From: Lama guanicoe
Lineage: Eukaryota
Length of the DNA stretch: 64,000 bases
Direction of reading: 5' to 3'
NCBI GenBank assembly: GCA_013239625.1
Contig: MU053482.1
Location: forward strand, 4,787,775-4,851,774
How positions within the stretch are numbered: the first letter of the stretch is position 1; the number at the start of each line of letters is the position of its first letter. The translations under genes were made by a program, and so were the position numbers. Shown here piece after piece: positions 52,676 to 64,000 of the stretch. The notes beneath the pieces were generated by a model. That model did no database searches. It saw nothing but the letters and a program-made list of their open reading frames with translations, and was not told the DNA's origin.

Positions 52676-53580
52676 AGGAATGTTCCAGGCAGAGGGCAAA
52701 GCAAGCAAAAAGGCCCTGGGCCCTGTATGTGCTTAGGGAGACCATTATGGCTGGAGTGCAGAGCGGGCAGGGGGAGTGGCAGGAGCTGAAGACAGAAGGG
52801 AAGTTGGAGGCAAGGTCATGTAGGGTCTTGAGGCCACCATGAGATCTGGTTTTGAGTTCTGTTTGGCACAGGAAGATGTTAGAGGTTGTGAGCTGGGTGT
52901 GACCCAATCTGACTTTAGAAAGACCACTGTGGTTGTTGTTGGGGGATGGACTGTATGGGGACAGGGTAGAAGCCGGAAGCCAAGTAGGAGCCCTGCTATC
53001 AGGGCAGGAGAGGGAGGATGGCATCTTGGATCAGGGTGGCAGCGTGGAGGAGGGGAGGCTGATCGGTACAGAATGTTCTCTGAAGGTAGAGTCAACAGGG
53101 TTTATAGGTGAATTGATTGTGAGGTAAGAGGAAAGGAATCTACGTTGACTCCAGATTTTTGGTCCAAGGAGCTGGAAAAGTGAGAAGTGGCTATTCATTT
53201 ATGGAGATGGCAATGACTGGGAGAGGAGTGGAAGGGTGGTGGGTGGGGAACAATGTGTGATCAGAAGTTTGGTTGCAGGTCTGGCACCGCAACTGAGATG
53301 CTTATTAGAGCAGCTGGGAATGTCAGTAAGCCACTGGTTACCCGAGTCTGGGAGTTTCGGAGTTGGGGATAATTTTGAGCGTCATCAGCATGTAGATGAT
53401 ATTTAAAGCCATAGGAAGAGGATGTAAGATAAAGGTCAAGAAGGGAGGAGGACCCCAGGCACTCATAAATGCAGAGATCAGGAAGACGAAGGGAACCAGC
53501 AAAGGTGCCTGAGCATCCGTGGTCAAGGCTGAAGGAGGGGATTCAAGAGAGTGAGTCTGTTTCAAATGCTGCAATGACTG
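52676..53580 (-). mobile_element. L2 LINE fragment
   Basis: tgttccaggcagaggg...aaaggccctg...atggctggagtgcagag...gtaggagccctgctatc...gatatttaaagccatagg, the reverse L2 body. Confidence 0.8.
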
Positions 53581-56500
53581 GTTTCTCCACCTCTAGTTTC
53601 TTTCTCTCTTCTTACCGTCTTTTTTATTACTCTGGAACCAATTGTCCTAAACTAGCACTTTCATTCTATTCCAAACCCATAATAGCCCAAGGAGGGAAAC
53701 CATCCAAACCCTTTGGTCTGACATCCCAGGCCCTCCACAATCTGGTTTCCCCTCCCTCCCCTTCCTCTGCCCCTTCCCACAGCACCACACTCACTTCCAC
53801 TCAGCCTGGCCTCCCTACTCCCTCCAGACTGCCTCCCTCATTCTTGACCTGACATTTCTTGTGTCTCTCTGAATCCTCAGCCTCAGTCCTCCACTTATGG
53901 GCCATCTCCTGGAGGGACCCTTGCTTGACCAAATCTGTCTCTTCCACAAAAGTCTACAGTGGACACAGGTGATCCCAAACAATTGAGCATTCCTGGTCTC
54001 TGTTTACCTTTCTCTCCAGTCCCCAGCTGGGCAGCCTCCTGAGTTTTGGGAACATGAGCCATCTCTTGCATCCTCTACCATCCCACAGAGTGGTCTCAAT
54101 GGTCTTAGATATCTTAGTTGAAGAGGGAACATGCTAATACTCTACCGCATAACACCCAAGGAAACCTGGAAGAATTAATACACGATTGTGATTTCAAGTA
54201 GAAACTGGGATCCGGGACTAGTTCTCATCCTAGTTCTGTGACCATGGTCAGGTCAGTTAACCTTCGTAAACTCCAGTTTTCTCATCAACGAATATGCCCA
54301 GTTCAAGGTTATTGTAGGAAAGAAATGAGGTGCATATGTTACAAAGTGCTTAGCACAGTTCTTGCACAATAAAAGCAAGCAGTAAGGGGGAGCTCTAGTT
54401 TTATTATTGCTATTATGAATGCTACCATGACTATTGCTCTTCCCAGTAGGGGATGGACAGGCACCTGCAAAGGTGGGATGGAGCTGGCACTGTTGATGGC
54501 ACACTTTGACATCTAAAGTGAAAGGAGTCGTGGGCTCACTAGCTGCTGATCTCTTCCACTGCGCGGGGCTGGGGGCAGCTGTGTGCCTGGGCTTCAGGGA
54601 AATCATGCCTTAGATAGGAGGGAGGATGCATGAGGTATGAATAGTACCCAGAGTGGAAACACAACCTTGATGAATGTACTTATAATTCCCAAACCAGGGG
54701 TCCAATATGAATGTAATTACAAGGCTGAGGGGCAGGATGTTTGCAAATGAAACTGTCCCTGAAAATGCAGACCCTGGTGGTCACTGGTTGCAGTTGCTCC
54801 TACCAGGGGGAAGGCACCAGCTCGGGCTGGAAGAGAAGGACAGAGAAGAATGGAATGTTTCTCAGAGGAATTTGTATTTTTTTTTCTTTTTTTGAGAGCA
54901 GGCAGGAGAACAAGATATTTTTCTCCTTTTCCTTTCTGTAAACTTCGGCGGTTTTTAAGTGGTGTTAATTGTTACTCAGGAATAGCTGGGTGTGACTGAG
55001 TTCCAGAAGAGTCAGACCAGGGCAGGGCAGGGCCGTGTCAAGTCAGATGAGGGTTTGCTCCTCACTCAGAGTGGCCCTTGAAGTCACCATGAAGAAGCCA
55101 GTCTGGCCACCCCCTTCCAGGGACTTCTTCACCCACGGCTAGAACCATAGGTGGCTGCATCTCTCATGAGCCCCTCTTAGCACTGCAGCGCCAGGGCAGG
55201 CCCCTAGAATAGGATGTGAGAGGCATGTTAGATTCGATAACTGTGTCCTGCGATTCTGATCGAGCTGTTTTCACTTGTAACCTAGTAACAGCCAGGGCCT
55301 TCCTGCCTGGGTTTAGATAAGCAGCCCGTCCTAAGAGCTGGTGAGGCTGGGAAGCCACACCAGGAAGCATGACAGCACGTCCCTGGAACCAGAGCGCTGC
55401 CTGGGGAGCTGGCCTGCAGGTCAGCACATCCGGAGGGCTGCTGCTACCAGGGAGACGGCACCACGCGTGACCTCGTGTCACTCAGCTCACTGCCAGGTCT
55501 CCAGAGGCACCGGAGAGGCCAACACTGTCCATGCCCAAAGCCCCGCTGCTGAGGCACTGGCCAGAGTGGCTTCCCGGGATTTGCATAGGCTCTAGCTCCA
55601 TCCAGCCTGCAAATTTCCACCCCAGGGAAGCACACGAAGCACGGCCCAGATGCGGATCAGGCCTTCCGCGCAGAGGCCCCGTGCTCTCAGCTTGAATCCA
55701 GCTCTTCTATGCTCCGGGTGGGGAAGGAGCTGAAACTCTCCTTGCTTCATCCTGACCTCATGCCCTGCAGTCCGGCTTTGCTGTCCACAGACTTGGGACC
55801 CACACTGCCTGGGTTCGTGTCCAGACTTGACCACCTCCTTACTACGTGACCCACCTTGGAGCAATTTCTTGCCCTCTTTGACCTCCATTTCTTAGCTCAA
55901 AAATGAGGATAACAGTGGTACCTGGAGCAAGTTGCTTAACTTTTCGGTGCCTCAGTTTCCTCCTTTACAAAGTAGAGATGGTGATGACTGTTACCTCATA
56001 GGGCAGCTAAAAGGATGAAACACATGGTTAGGACAGTGGCTCGCAGGTAGAAAGTGCTGGGGTGTTACAGTTTAGATCCCATAATCCTCCTTTTCAATGA
56101 GGTGCAGAGCCCAGGTGAGCCAGCTTGTGAGCAGCAGAACCAGTCTGCCTGCTGCCTCCCAGTGCTGGCTGTCTGCACCCCACCTCACTGGGCTGTCTGC
56201 GCACAAAGCTCCCAAGGAAATTGGAGGCAGAATTCAGAAGCGGAAATCGAGTCTCCAGACTGCTAACCCCTGACTTAGCCCCTGGTCCCCTCAGCGGCGG
56301 CTCCCTCTGGGGGCTGATCCCTTTAGCATTCTTGACACAGTCCCAGCACACCCACCCACTTGTGGGTTGGAAGATGTGCCGTGTCACCAAGAAATGGGTA
56401 GTGCTTGTGGGGCTCCTCCAGGGGGCACTGGGGTCCTGTGTGAGCTGGGGCTGCCCCAGCCCTGTGCCTTGACAGTGGACAAGTCCCCTTTTTCCCTATT

Positions 56501-58859
56501 CCCACCGTTGATAAATAAAGAGCTGATTTTTCCATGTCTGTCTCCACAGAGGTGGAGGCCTAAGCAATGCCAGGCTTATCTACACAATGGACTTCCTGCT
56601 GCTGTTGGATCTGCCTCACTCCCCACTGCATAATAAATTTATGTCGCCTGAGCACACAGATCTGCTGACGTCCATGATGCTGGTGGCCTTGGCAGACCCC
56701 AGCTCCCCCAGCCTGGGTGGGAAATGCAGACACAAACCCTGGCTGATGTGAACTCAACATCCCGGTTACAGACAAACAGCCAGAACTGGGTGGGCCACGA
56801 GGGTGTGGGAAGTTCCTTCATCCATCAACAGTTTATCGAGGCCTGCAGTGTGCCAGGCCTTATTCAGAACACGGGGGCAGCTTCTGAGGAGCACTTACGC
56901 CAGTCTGGGAATCAGATGCACATACTTGTAACACGTGGAGCTTAGTTCTGGGGTAGCACTAAGGACAGAGACTGTGGGAGGAATGTACAATCTAATTTGG
57001 GGCTCTGCCTCAGGGCTGAGTTTTAATGAAAAGTTTTCTTTCCTGGGCACTGAGTCCTCTACAGTAAAGCCCCGCTAGGTCTGAGAACGGTGGAGAGTTC
57101 CTCTGGGTTGAGTTACCACAACGCTTTGCATCTGTGATTTGTTTGCACCATGCCCGACATCACCAGGGAAGCCCTCTTCTCGTCTGCTCCTCTGCCCAGG
57201 CGTATAGCAGCCGTGGTTTTCAGTTTCTTGTCAGAACTCCGAGTTCCCATGTGAATCATAACAAGTGTGTTCCTAGAGGAACTGGCTTGGCCCTGGCCAA
57301 CAAGCCTTCTCTCCTGTCTTGATAACATCTGCACCGAATTTTCTCCCTTTATGTAATTAGGCCCTTTGGTATTTGCTTTGACTTTAGGATACCGTATGCC
57401 TGGCGTCCCGGAAATTTCAGGCCCATAGTGTGAGCTGGGGCCCAGGGTGGGAAAACTGAGCTTTCACTGGTACAGTTTTCAGATTTAGCTGGGAGGGTCA
57501 GAGACAGTACGCTGGCTACTGTTTGCACAAAAATTGGACAGCAGCCCCCCAGCTGGTGGGAACGGGATCCCCAGCCTTGCCTTGGGAGCAGTGCTAGGTC
57601 AGGCCTGTGGATGGGAGGATGCAGGATGGCTTCCCTCCTTCCCTTTCTGCCCTTCTTCACCCCACATCCTCCCACCCCACGTCATGCCTGGCCCTGGAGT
57701 GACAGAACTCAGCAAACAGGAAAAGATGTGCTAACTGCAAAGAAATGCAGTGAATCCAGACTTAACCCCAAAGCCAACCTCAGTGTGTTGGGGTTTGGAG
57801 TCTTGCTTTGAAATGCCCGTCATAGTCTGGCTATGTCTGAGCTGGAGGAGCTGTGTAGGGTGTAAGATAAGGAAGGGAGCTGGGCTTTCGGGAGTTGGTT
57901 CTCTGCAGTCAGCTCCAACTGGAAAGGAGGCAGAAGGATTTGTATACCCGCTCCCCGGCTCTGGAGTGAGCTGTATCTCAGCAGTGACTTCATTTCCCCT
58001 AATGGGGTTTCCACAAACTCTCTGAAAGGTTCCAGTGAGTAGGTCACACTGATTGTGGTGTGGGAGCTTCTGATATGCTTGCTTGCAGTTCCCCTTTGGG
58101 AGTCTGGAGGCCCCAGATGAGTGATAACTGAATGTTGGAGTATTTGCCAGGGGAAGGGGAATGCATTTTTTAAAGATAAGGTTTGATCCTGAGCAGAAGG
58201 AGCAGAAGGAACAGAAGGGATGTTTCCAGATGCCTGTGCAATATCCAGCAGCAAGGTGTGGGTGCAGCTCTCCTTCCCTGTGGCCTTGCTGGGGTGTCCC
58301 CAGTTAGTTAGACCCTCCCAGTTGAAGCCTCTTGAAGGTGCTTCAGGGGCTGCCAGGAAGTAGGGCAGGCTGCTGCATGGGGGTGTCTCTGACTCTCTCA
58401 GCCAGGCCACTGCCATTTTCCTGTTTTTTGTTGGGTTGGTGCTGCTCATCAGATTTGGTTTGAATGGAAGGGCTTTTGCCCAGTATAACTAGTTGGGTAG
58501 GTCATTATGCATCTTCCCTTCTTTCCTAAATGGCTATGGCTTCCTCAAGGAAGGACCCCTGTCTTGTTCAACATTGCAGTGTCCATTGAGACCTAGCATG
58601 GAACTTGAGCAGAATCCTGTTTTGTCACCTCTGCCCACCATGGCCCCAGTGACTACAGGACCACAGCCATATTCTTTGCTTGACATTTAAGGCTCTCAGC
58701 ATCTAGTTCCAAAATAATCCTTATCTCTTTTCTCTCCTTTCACTTCCTTTCCCCAAAGTATCCTTTTCTCCATCCACCTTGAACTTCTTTCTCTTTGAAT
58801 GGGCAATCTCTCTGCTTAAATGTTCTTTCTTTTTATTCCTGGCAAACCAGCAGCAGTCC

Positions 58860-59082
58860 ACTGTGGTGTGTTCTGGAGTAAGACCACCTGGGCTTGAATC
58901 CTAGTTCTATTCTTTTCAGTCTTTGAAACCATAGGCCAGTTACTTAGCTGTTTTGTGCCTCAATTTTCCCATCTGTGAACTGGAGATAATAGTCCCTTCC
59001 TCTTGGATTTCTTGTGAGGATTAAGAGCTAAAACAAATAAAGCAGTGACTGGCACATCAAAAGTGCTCAACAAATGTAGGCT
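58860..59082 (+). mobile_element. MIR SINE
   Basis: gaccacctgggcttgaatcctagttct...gtgcctcaattttcccatctgtgaactggagataatag...aagtgctcaacaaatgtagg. Confidence 0.8.
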
Positions 59083-59151
59083 GTGATGATGGTGATAGTG
59101 ATGGTGGTGATGATGGTGGTGGTGATGGCGGTGGTGATGATGATGATGATA
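59083..59151. repeat. (GAT/GGT)n trinucleotide repeat at the MIR tail
   Basis: gtgatgatggtgatagtgatggtggtgatgatggtggtggtgatggcggtggtgatgatgatgatgata. Confidence 0.9.
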
Positions 59152-59371
59152 GTTTTTAAAGACCTTCTCTGTAAAGGCTTTTCCAGTTTACTAGGTTGGA
59201 TTAGATTTCTTCTTCTGGGCTCCAAATAGAACTAAGCACATAGGATTCTAGTTATTTATTTCACAATTCTGAATTTACCACTAGACTGAATTTCTAGAAG
59301 ACAAGGACAAGGTCTCAGCAATAAAAATTATGACAAGAACACTAATGAGTGCCAAACTTGGTACCATACAT

Positions 59372-60545
59372 CTTTTTTCTCATGCAAATATTTTATTAAG
59401 ATATAATTCACGTACCATGCTATTTATCCTTTTAAAGTATACAATTCAATGATGTTAATATATTCACAAAGCTTTGCAGCACCACCACCAATTCTAGAAC
59501 ATTTTATCCCCATAAAAAGAAACCCCATACCTATTAGCAGTCACTCTCCAATCCCCTTCCCGCATTCCCTTGTGACAACAAATCTGCTTTCTATCTCAAT
59601 GGATTTACCAGCTCTGGAAAATTTCATATAAATGTAATTATACAACATGTGTCCTTTTGTGCCTGGTTTCTTTCACTTAGCATAATGTTTTTGCAGTTTA
59701 TCCTTATATCAACCCTTCATTCCTTTTTTATAGCTGAATAATATTCCATTGTGTGTATATGGCACATTTTGTTTATTCATCAGTTAATGGACTTGGGTTA
59801 TTTCTGTTTTTTGGCTATTATAAAAAATGCTGCCATGAACATTTGTGTTCACATTTTTGAGTGGACATGTTTTTATTTCTCTAGGGTGTATAATTGCTGG
59901 CTCATATGGTAACTGTATGTTTAACTTTTTGAGGAACTGCCAAACTTTTCCAAAGCATCTACACCATGTTACGTTCCTACCAGCAATGACTGAGGGATCC
60001 AGTTTCTCCACATCCTCACCAACACTTGTTTTTGTCTGTCTTTTTGATTGTAGTCATCCTAGTGGATATGAAGAGATATCTCCTAGGGGATATGAAGAGA
60101 TATCTCCTAGGGGGTATGAAGAGATATCTCCTAGGGGGTATGAAGAGATATCTCCTAGGGGGTATGAAGAGATATCTCACTGTGAGTTTGATTTGTGTTT
60201 CTTTGATGGCTAATGATGTTGAGCATCTTTTCATGTGCTTATTGGCCATTTGTATGTCTTCTTTGAAGAAATGTCTGTTCAGATCACACGCCCATTCTTT
60301 ACTTGGGTTAGCTGTCTTTTTATTGTTGAGCTGAAAAATTCTTGGTACATTGAGGAGACTAGTTTTTTATCAGATATATGATTTGCAAATATTTTCTCCT
60401 ATCTGTGGGTTGCCTTTTTCTTGATAGTGGCCTTTGAAGTGTAAAAAGTTTTTAATTTTGATGAAGTCCAATTTATCTCTTTTGTCACTTGTATGTTTGA
60501 TGTCCTATCTAAGAAACCGTTGACGAATCCAGAACACAAAGATAT
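59372..60545 (-). mobile_element. L1MB-like fragment (~1.2 kb; ORF2 C-terminus plus 3'UTR)
   Basis: Reverse 3'UTR (ttttattaagatataattcacgtaccat...). Reverse ORFs [21 protein letters not shown] and [17 protein letters not shown]...VWQFLKKLNIQLPYEPAI are decayed L1 ORF2. Confidence 0.9.
60058..60177. repeat. Minisatellite, 5 x 24 bp (cctagggggtatgaagagatatct)
   Basis: Five head-to-tail units starting at 60058, 60082, 60106, 60130 and 60154; the last three are identical. Confidence 0.97.
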
Positions 60546-60940
60546 ACCAAAACCTTTTTAAAAGCAATCTTATTTCAATAACTATGAAGAAAGAGTAGTA
60601 GACCCATTTCACAGATGAGGAAACTAAGAGTTTGAAGGCCAGAACTTTGATTTAAGCCAGTTCAATCAGACTCTGAACCTCATGTGTATCTTATTGTGCC
60701 TTCCCCAAGTCCTCTTACCTCCTGGTCCCTCACAGGGTTTGACACAGTGCCTGGTGCTTGGTAGGCCCACAAATAATGTACATTGGATGGATGAATGGCA
60801 GGTCTTAACAGGTGATTGGTTTGCACTTGATGGTTGATTTGAGTGGATGGGGGTTTGCTCCCCAGTTATGCTGCCAACTGGGAGTTTCTCTCTCCAAGGT
60901 AGAAGTCACTGAGTGTCTCTCTCTTCTCTCACCTCCACAG

Positions 60941-61148
60941 TGTCTTATCATTGGGGGAGGACCATGTGGTTTGCGCACTGCCATTGAACTTGCCTACCTA
61001 GGGGCCAAAGTGGTCGTGGTGGAGAAGAGGGACACCTTCTCCCGAAACAACGTGCTGCACCTCTGGCCTTTCACAATCCATGACCTGCGAGGCCTGGGGG
61101 CCAAGAAATTCTACGGGAAGTTTTGTGCTGGCTCCATCGACCACATCA
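60941..61148 (+). CDS. MICAL2: MICAL2 second coding exon (from aa 89), FAD-binding Rossmann fold
   Basis: Acceptor ctcttctctcacctccacAG|tgt. Translates [69 protein letters not shown](S) with GxGxxG motif GGGPCG. Donor ATCA|GTGAGT; 208 nt, phase 1. In frame with the preceding phase-0 exon across a 33,827-bp intron. Confidence 0.97.
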
Positions 61149-62999
61149 GTGAGTAGCGCCAGTGGGGGCTGGCACCTCATGCTGGGAGGGGGCTGACCCT
61201 GGGTGGGGGGCATATCTCTACATTGAGAAGCCCCAGAATGGTCCATCTTACAAGTTCCTGGGGGCTCCACACACCCAGCTGGCAGACATTTGGTGCCAGA
61301 CCCTGTGCTGTGCCCCACTAGGCTGGAAGCACTGTGAGGCCAGGGATCATGGTATGTCTTACTCACCAGAGTATCTCCAGGGAGTAAGAGAGTGCTTGAC
61401 ACATAGTAGATGCTCAATAGACTTCTGTTGAATGAATGAATGAAATATGGAAAACAGAGGGGAGAGGTAAGTAACGCATCTGCACTGTCAGAGAACTCAA
61501 CTGAGGTTTTGTCAATAATAAAACGTGGTTTGATGGAGCAGTCAGACTTGCCAGGGGAGCTTAGAAGGCGGAGCCACATAAAACCATTCAATGTTGAGGG
61601 CCTCTTAGGCAAAGGAGTTTGGACATCGTATTACCTGTTCTGGGCAATCACGGCAGGTTTCAGAACAGAGGAATAACACAGATCCTACACCAAGCTTCCT
61701 TGAGCTCTAAAAAGAGGCCATTATGATGGGTGTTTACCCAGAAAAGGAGGGGAATTGAGAATGTGGATTTCAGGTCCTAGACTATCCCTGGATGCTTAAG
61801 GAGGACCAGGTGAGCAACAATGCCTCCTCCTGGGTCTCTCAAGGCAGGATCTGTGCAGATGCAGACAGGATTTGGGAGAGCATCCTCTCTCCTCAGTGCT
61901 TTGCAGGGAGGAGGTCTTCAGCCGTTTTATATATAACAGTCATGACCCATAAAAGTCAGGGAAGTTAATACTTTGTGGGGGAGTTCAAGGTTTGAAAAGA
62001 TTTGGATCTAAAATCTGCGTGAATGGACAAGGGTCAAATTCCTTACCTTCCTCAAGCCTCAATTTTGTTTCCCATAAATGTGATTGATGCCTGCCTACCA
62101 GGAGGGCTGTGATGATTAAATGAGGTCAAGTGTGAAACGTGGTTATAGTGGGTGACTCAGGAAACGCTTTGCATCCAGTTGTGTCCAGTGAGCAAGCAGC
62201 AGCCAGGGTCCCCAACCCAGAGTTCAGAGCTGTGGTCTCTCAACCAGTGAGTGGAAGGTGAACCCTAAGAGCCATGTTCTTATGAGGACAGGAACTGATG
62301 GGAAAAGGGTATGAGGTTGGTGCGGGAAAGACTGGAGAGTATTAGCAGCCACACAGGGTGTAATTTAGTCAGATACAGGAGAACTTACCAGCAGTGGTCC
62401 AGAGTTTATCCCTGCACTGGGATGAGAAAATTCTAAGAGTCCATTGGAAAGAAATTTGGATTTGCCCAGAAAGCTGCAGTGTCAGCTTTCCAGATATTCT
62501 TTACCACCACGGAAGAAAGTATGTTGGTTTCACCCATTTAGAATGACAACGTAAGCACCACTTTTCCCTCCAGCCTTCCTGAGAGTCAGAGCTGGGCACC
62601 AGCAGCCTCCAGAGGGCCCCAGGGCTGTCAGGCTGCCCTCCTGGCCAGGAGCCCCTCGCTGCCCCATTGATGGGGCTCCCACTTAACCCCTAGTCCTTGA
62701 AAATAGCCCCATGTGTGGAAACACTGGCAGGACTCTGGAACTGAGGATCAAACCTTTAGAGAGATCAACGTCAAGGGCAGCTCCAACACCTGTGAGAAGG
62801 GAGGCGGGAAGAACTGAGTACCTGCTGTGTGCCCAAACCAGATAGACTAGGAACCTTGAGACTGTGAGGAGAGGCCAGGCGTCTACCAAGGCTTGTTTCC
62901 ACGCAGGAGGTGGGTTGGATTCTTTTCTGCAGCCCCAGCTGTGACCTGGTCCTCAGCATTGCTCAGCAATTCTCAGTTCATCCTGTGTCAGCATCCTCC

Positions 63000-63662
63000 T
63001 CCAGTTCCCACTGTGGCTGATCCACGCCTCCACCACAGCTGCCTCCTTCTGAGCAGATGGCCTCCCTCAGTGCTCTGGGGAAGAGGAGCCACTGGTAGGC
63101 CCTCCCCTTCCAGCACTTCTCCTTCCTCCTGCACTCGCCTCTCCCCAAGTACTCCTTCCTTCCTCCCAACCCACTGTCAGAGGGAGGCAGAGCTGGCCAC
63201 TTCCTCTCCAGTTCTAGTCCCTCTTGGTTTCCTTCCCTCCTTTTTACCTGCCCCAACCCCTCCAATCCTCTGATCTTGCCCATTACTTTTCTTTATGGCA
63301 AATTATTTATTCTAGAAAGAGGCAACGTAGATTTTGCCTGTGCTTCTCACTCATGCCACCTTCCACTGTGGTCTGATTTCTCCCCCACCGCTGGGCTAGA
63401 GATTCTCTCCAGAAGCTTCCTAACCCTCCAGTGCCCTGGCCCCTTGCAGTCTTCATATTCTCAATCTCCGCATGGGATCTGGTATGCTTGGTCCCTCCCC
63501 TCTTGGCTTTCAGACTGCAGCCCAGACCCCGCTGCCCCCAACCATCAGGCCCTGCCCCATTCCGTTTACTCACGTTTCCTCCATTGGAGGGTGTGTTTCG
63601 TATCTCCTGGGCCTACCATGGCACCTGGCACAGTGTAGATGTTCAGTAAATGTTAAATGAGT
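63000..63662 (+). mobile_element. L2 LINE 3' fragment
   Basis: Pyrimidine-rich body ending gcacctggcacagtgtagatgttcagtaaatgttaaatgagtgaa (L2 tail). Confidence 0.6.
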
Positions 63663-64000
63663 GAAACCCATAGACTACAGAGGACTCACAGAACATTTGA
63701 AACGTCGTGCTCTGCAGAAATATATTTGGAGGCATACCCTTTTTTGCTCAATGGCAGGGAATGAAATAGAGAAACAAGGGGACACTCACTGGGGCAGTTT
63801 AGGAGACGGGGTAGGAGGTGGGAAACCCCCAGCCCAGCTTTATGGGGAGGATTCCCCACCCCACCCTTACCCTGGGTGGCTGAGAGTTCAGGCAGAGCTC
63901 CCCTCAGGGTGAGCCATTTGATCTCTGACTTTACCCACTGGCCCTTTCCTCTCTCTCTGCTTACTTTTCTTTCTATCTTTATCTTATCAAACCCACAACC

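Noticed and set aside
57820..58449. Longest ORFs in the track (209 aa here; 204 aa at 60998-61612; 178 aa at 1268-1804)
   Set aside because: No recognisable domains or splice structure, low-complexity composition, and the 204-aa ORF is antisense to the MICAL2 exon plus an L2 tail; consistent with chance ORFs.
60058..60177. Regular 24-bp repeats as a CRISPR-like array or repeat-protein gene
   Set aside because: Units are head-to-tail with no spacers, lie inside a mammalian L1, and the repetitive ORFs follow simply from a unit length divisible by 3.
60812..60940. ORF-track N-terminal extension ([10 protein letters not shown]...) of the FAD exon
   Set aside because: Intronic sequence including the polypyrimidine tract; the exon begins at 60941.

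Overview
Mammalian (non-primate, non-rodent) genomic DNA containing the 5' part of MICAL2, the F-actin methionine monooxygenase gene, on the + strand. Three exons are supported. The first is a probable 71-nt non-coding 5'UTR exon (6397-6467). The second is the first coding exon (26774-27113, ATG at 26850, 88 codons). The third is the next coding exon (60941-61148), which carries the GxGxxG FAD-binding motif. The promoter/first exon and the rest of the gene lie outside the window. The remainder is intron, filled with old interspersed repeats: MIR, L2, L1M fragments, MaLR LTRs and hAT-Charlie MITEs, several of them nested. The most notable non-routine observations are: (1) a 5' half of tRNA-Trp(CCA), cut in the anticodon loop, with no poly(A) tail and flanked by ~17-bp target-site duplications about 700 bp upstream of the first coding exon (a tailless retropseudogene); (2) a 5' leader with several uORFs, where a tandem splice donor would fuse a short uORF into one overlapping the main start; (3) a 5x24-bp minisatellite arising inside an L1; (4) a ~95-bp direct duplication about 1 kb apart; (5) an E-box/AP-1/palindrome cluster that looks like an enhancer. 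Almost all ORF-track entries are spurious. Repeat family names are from recall of consensus sequences and most repeat boundaries are approximate; no searches were run.
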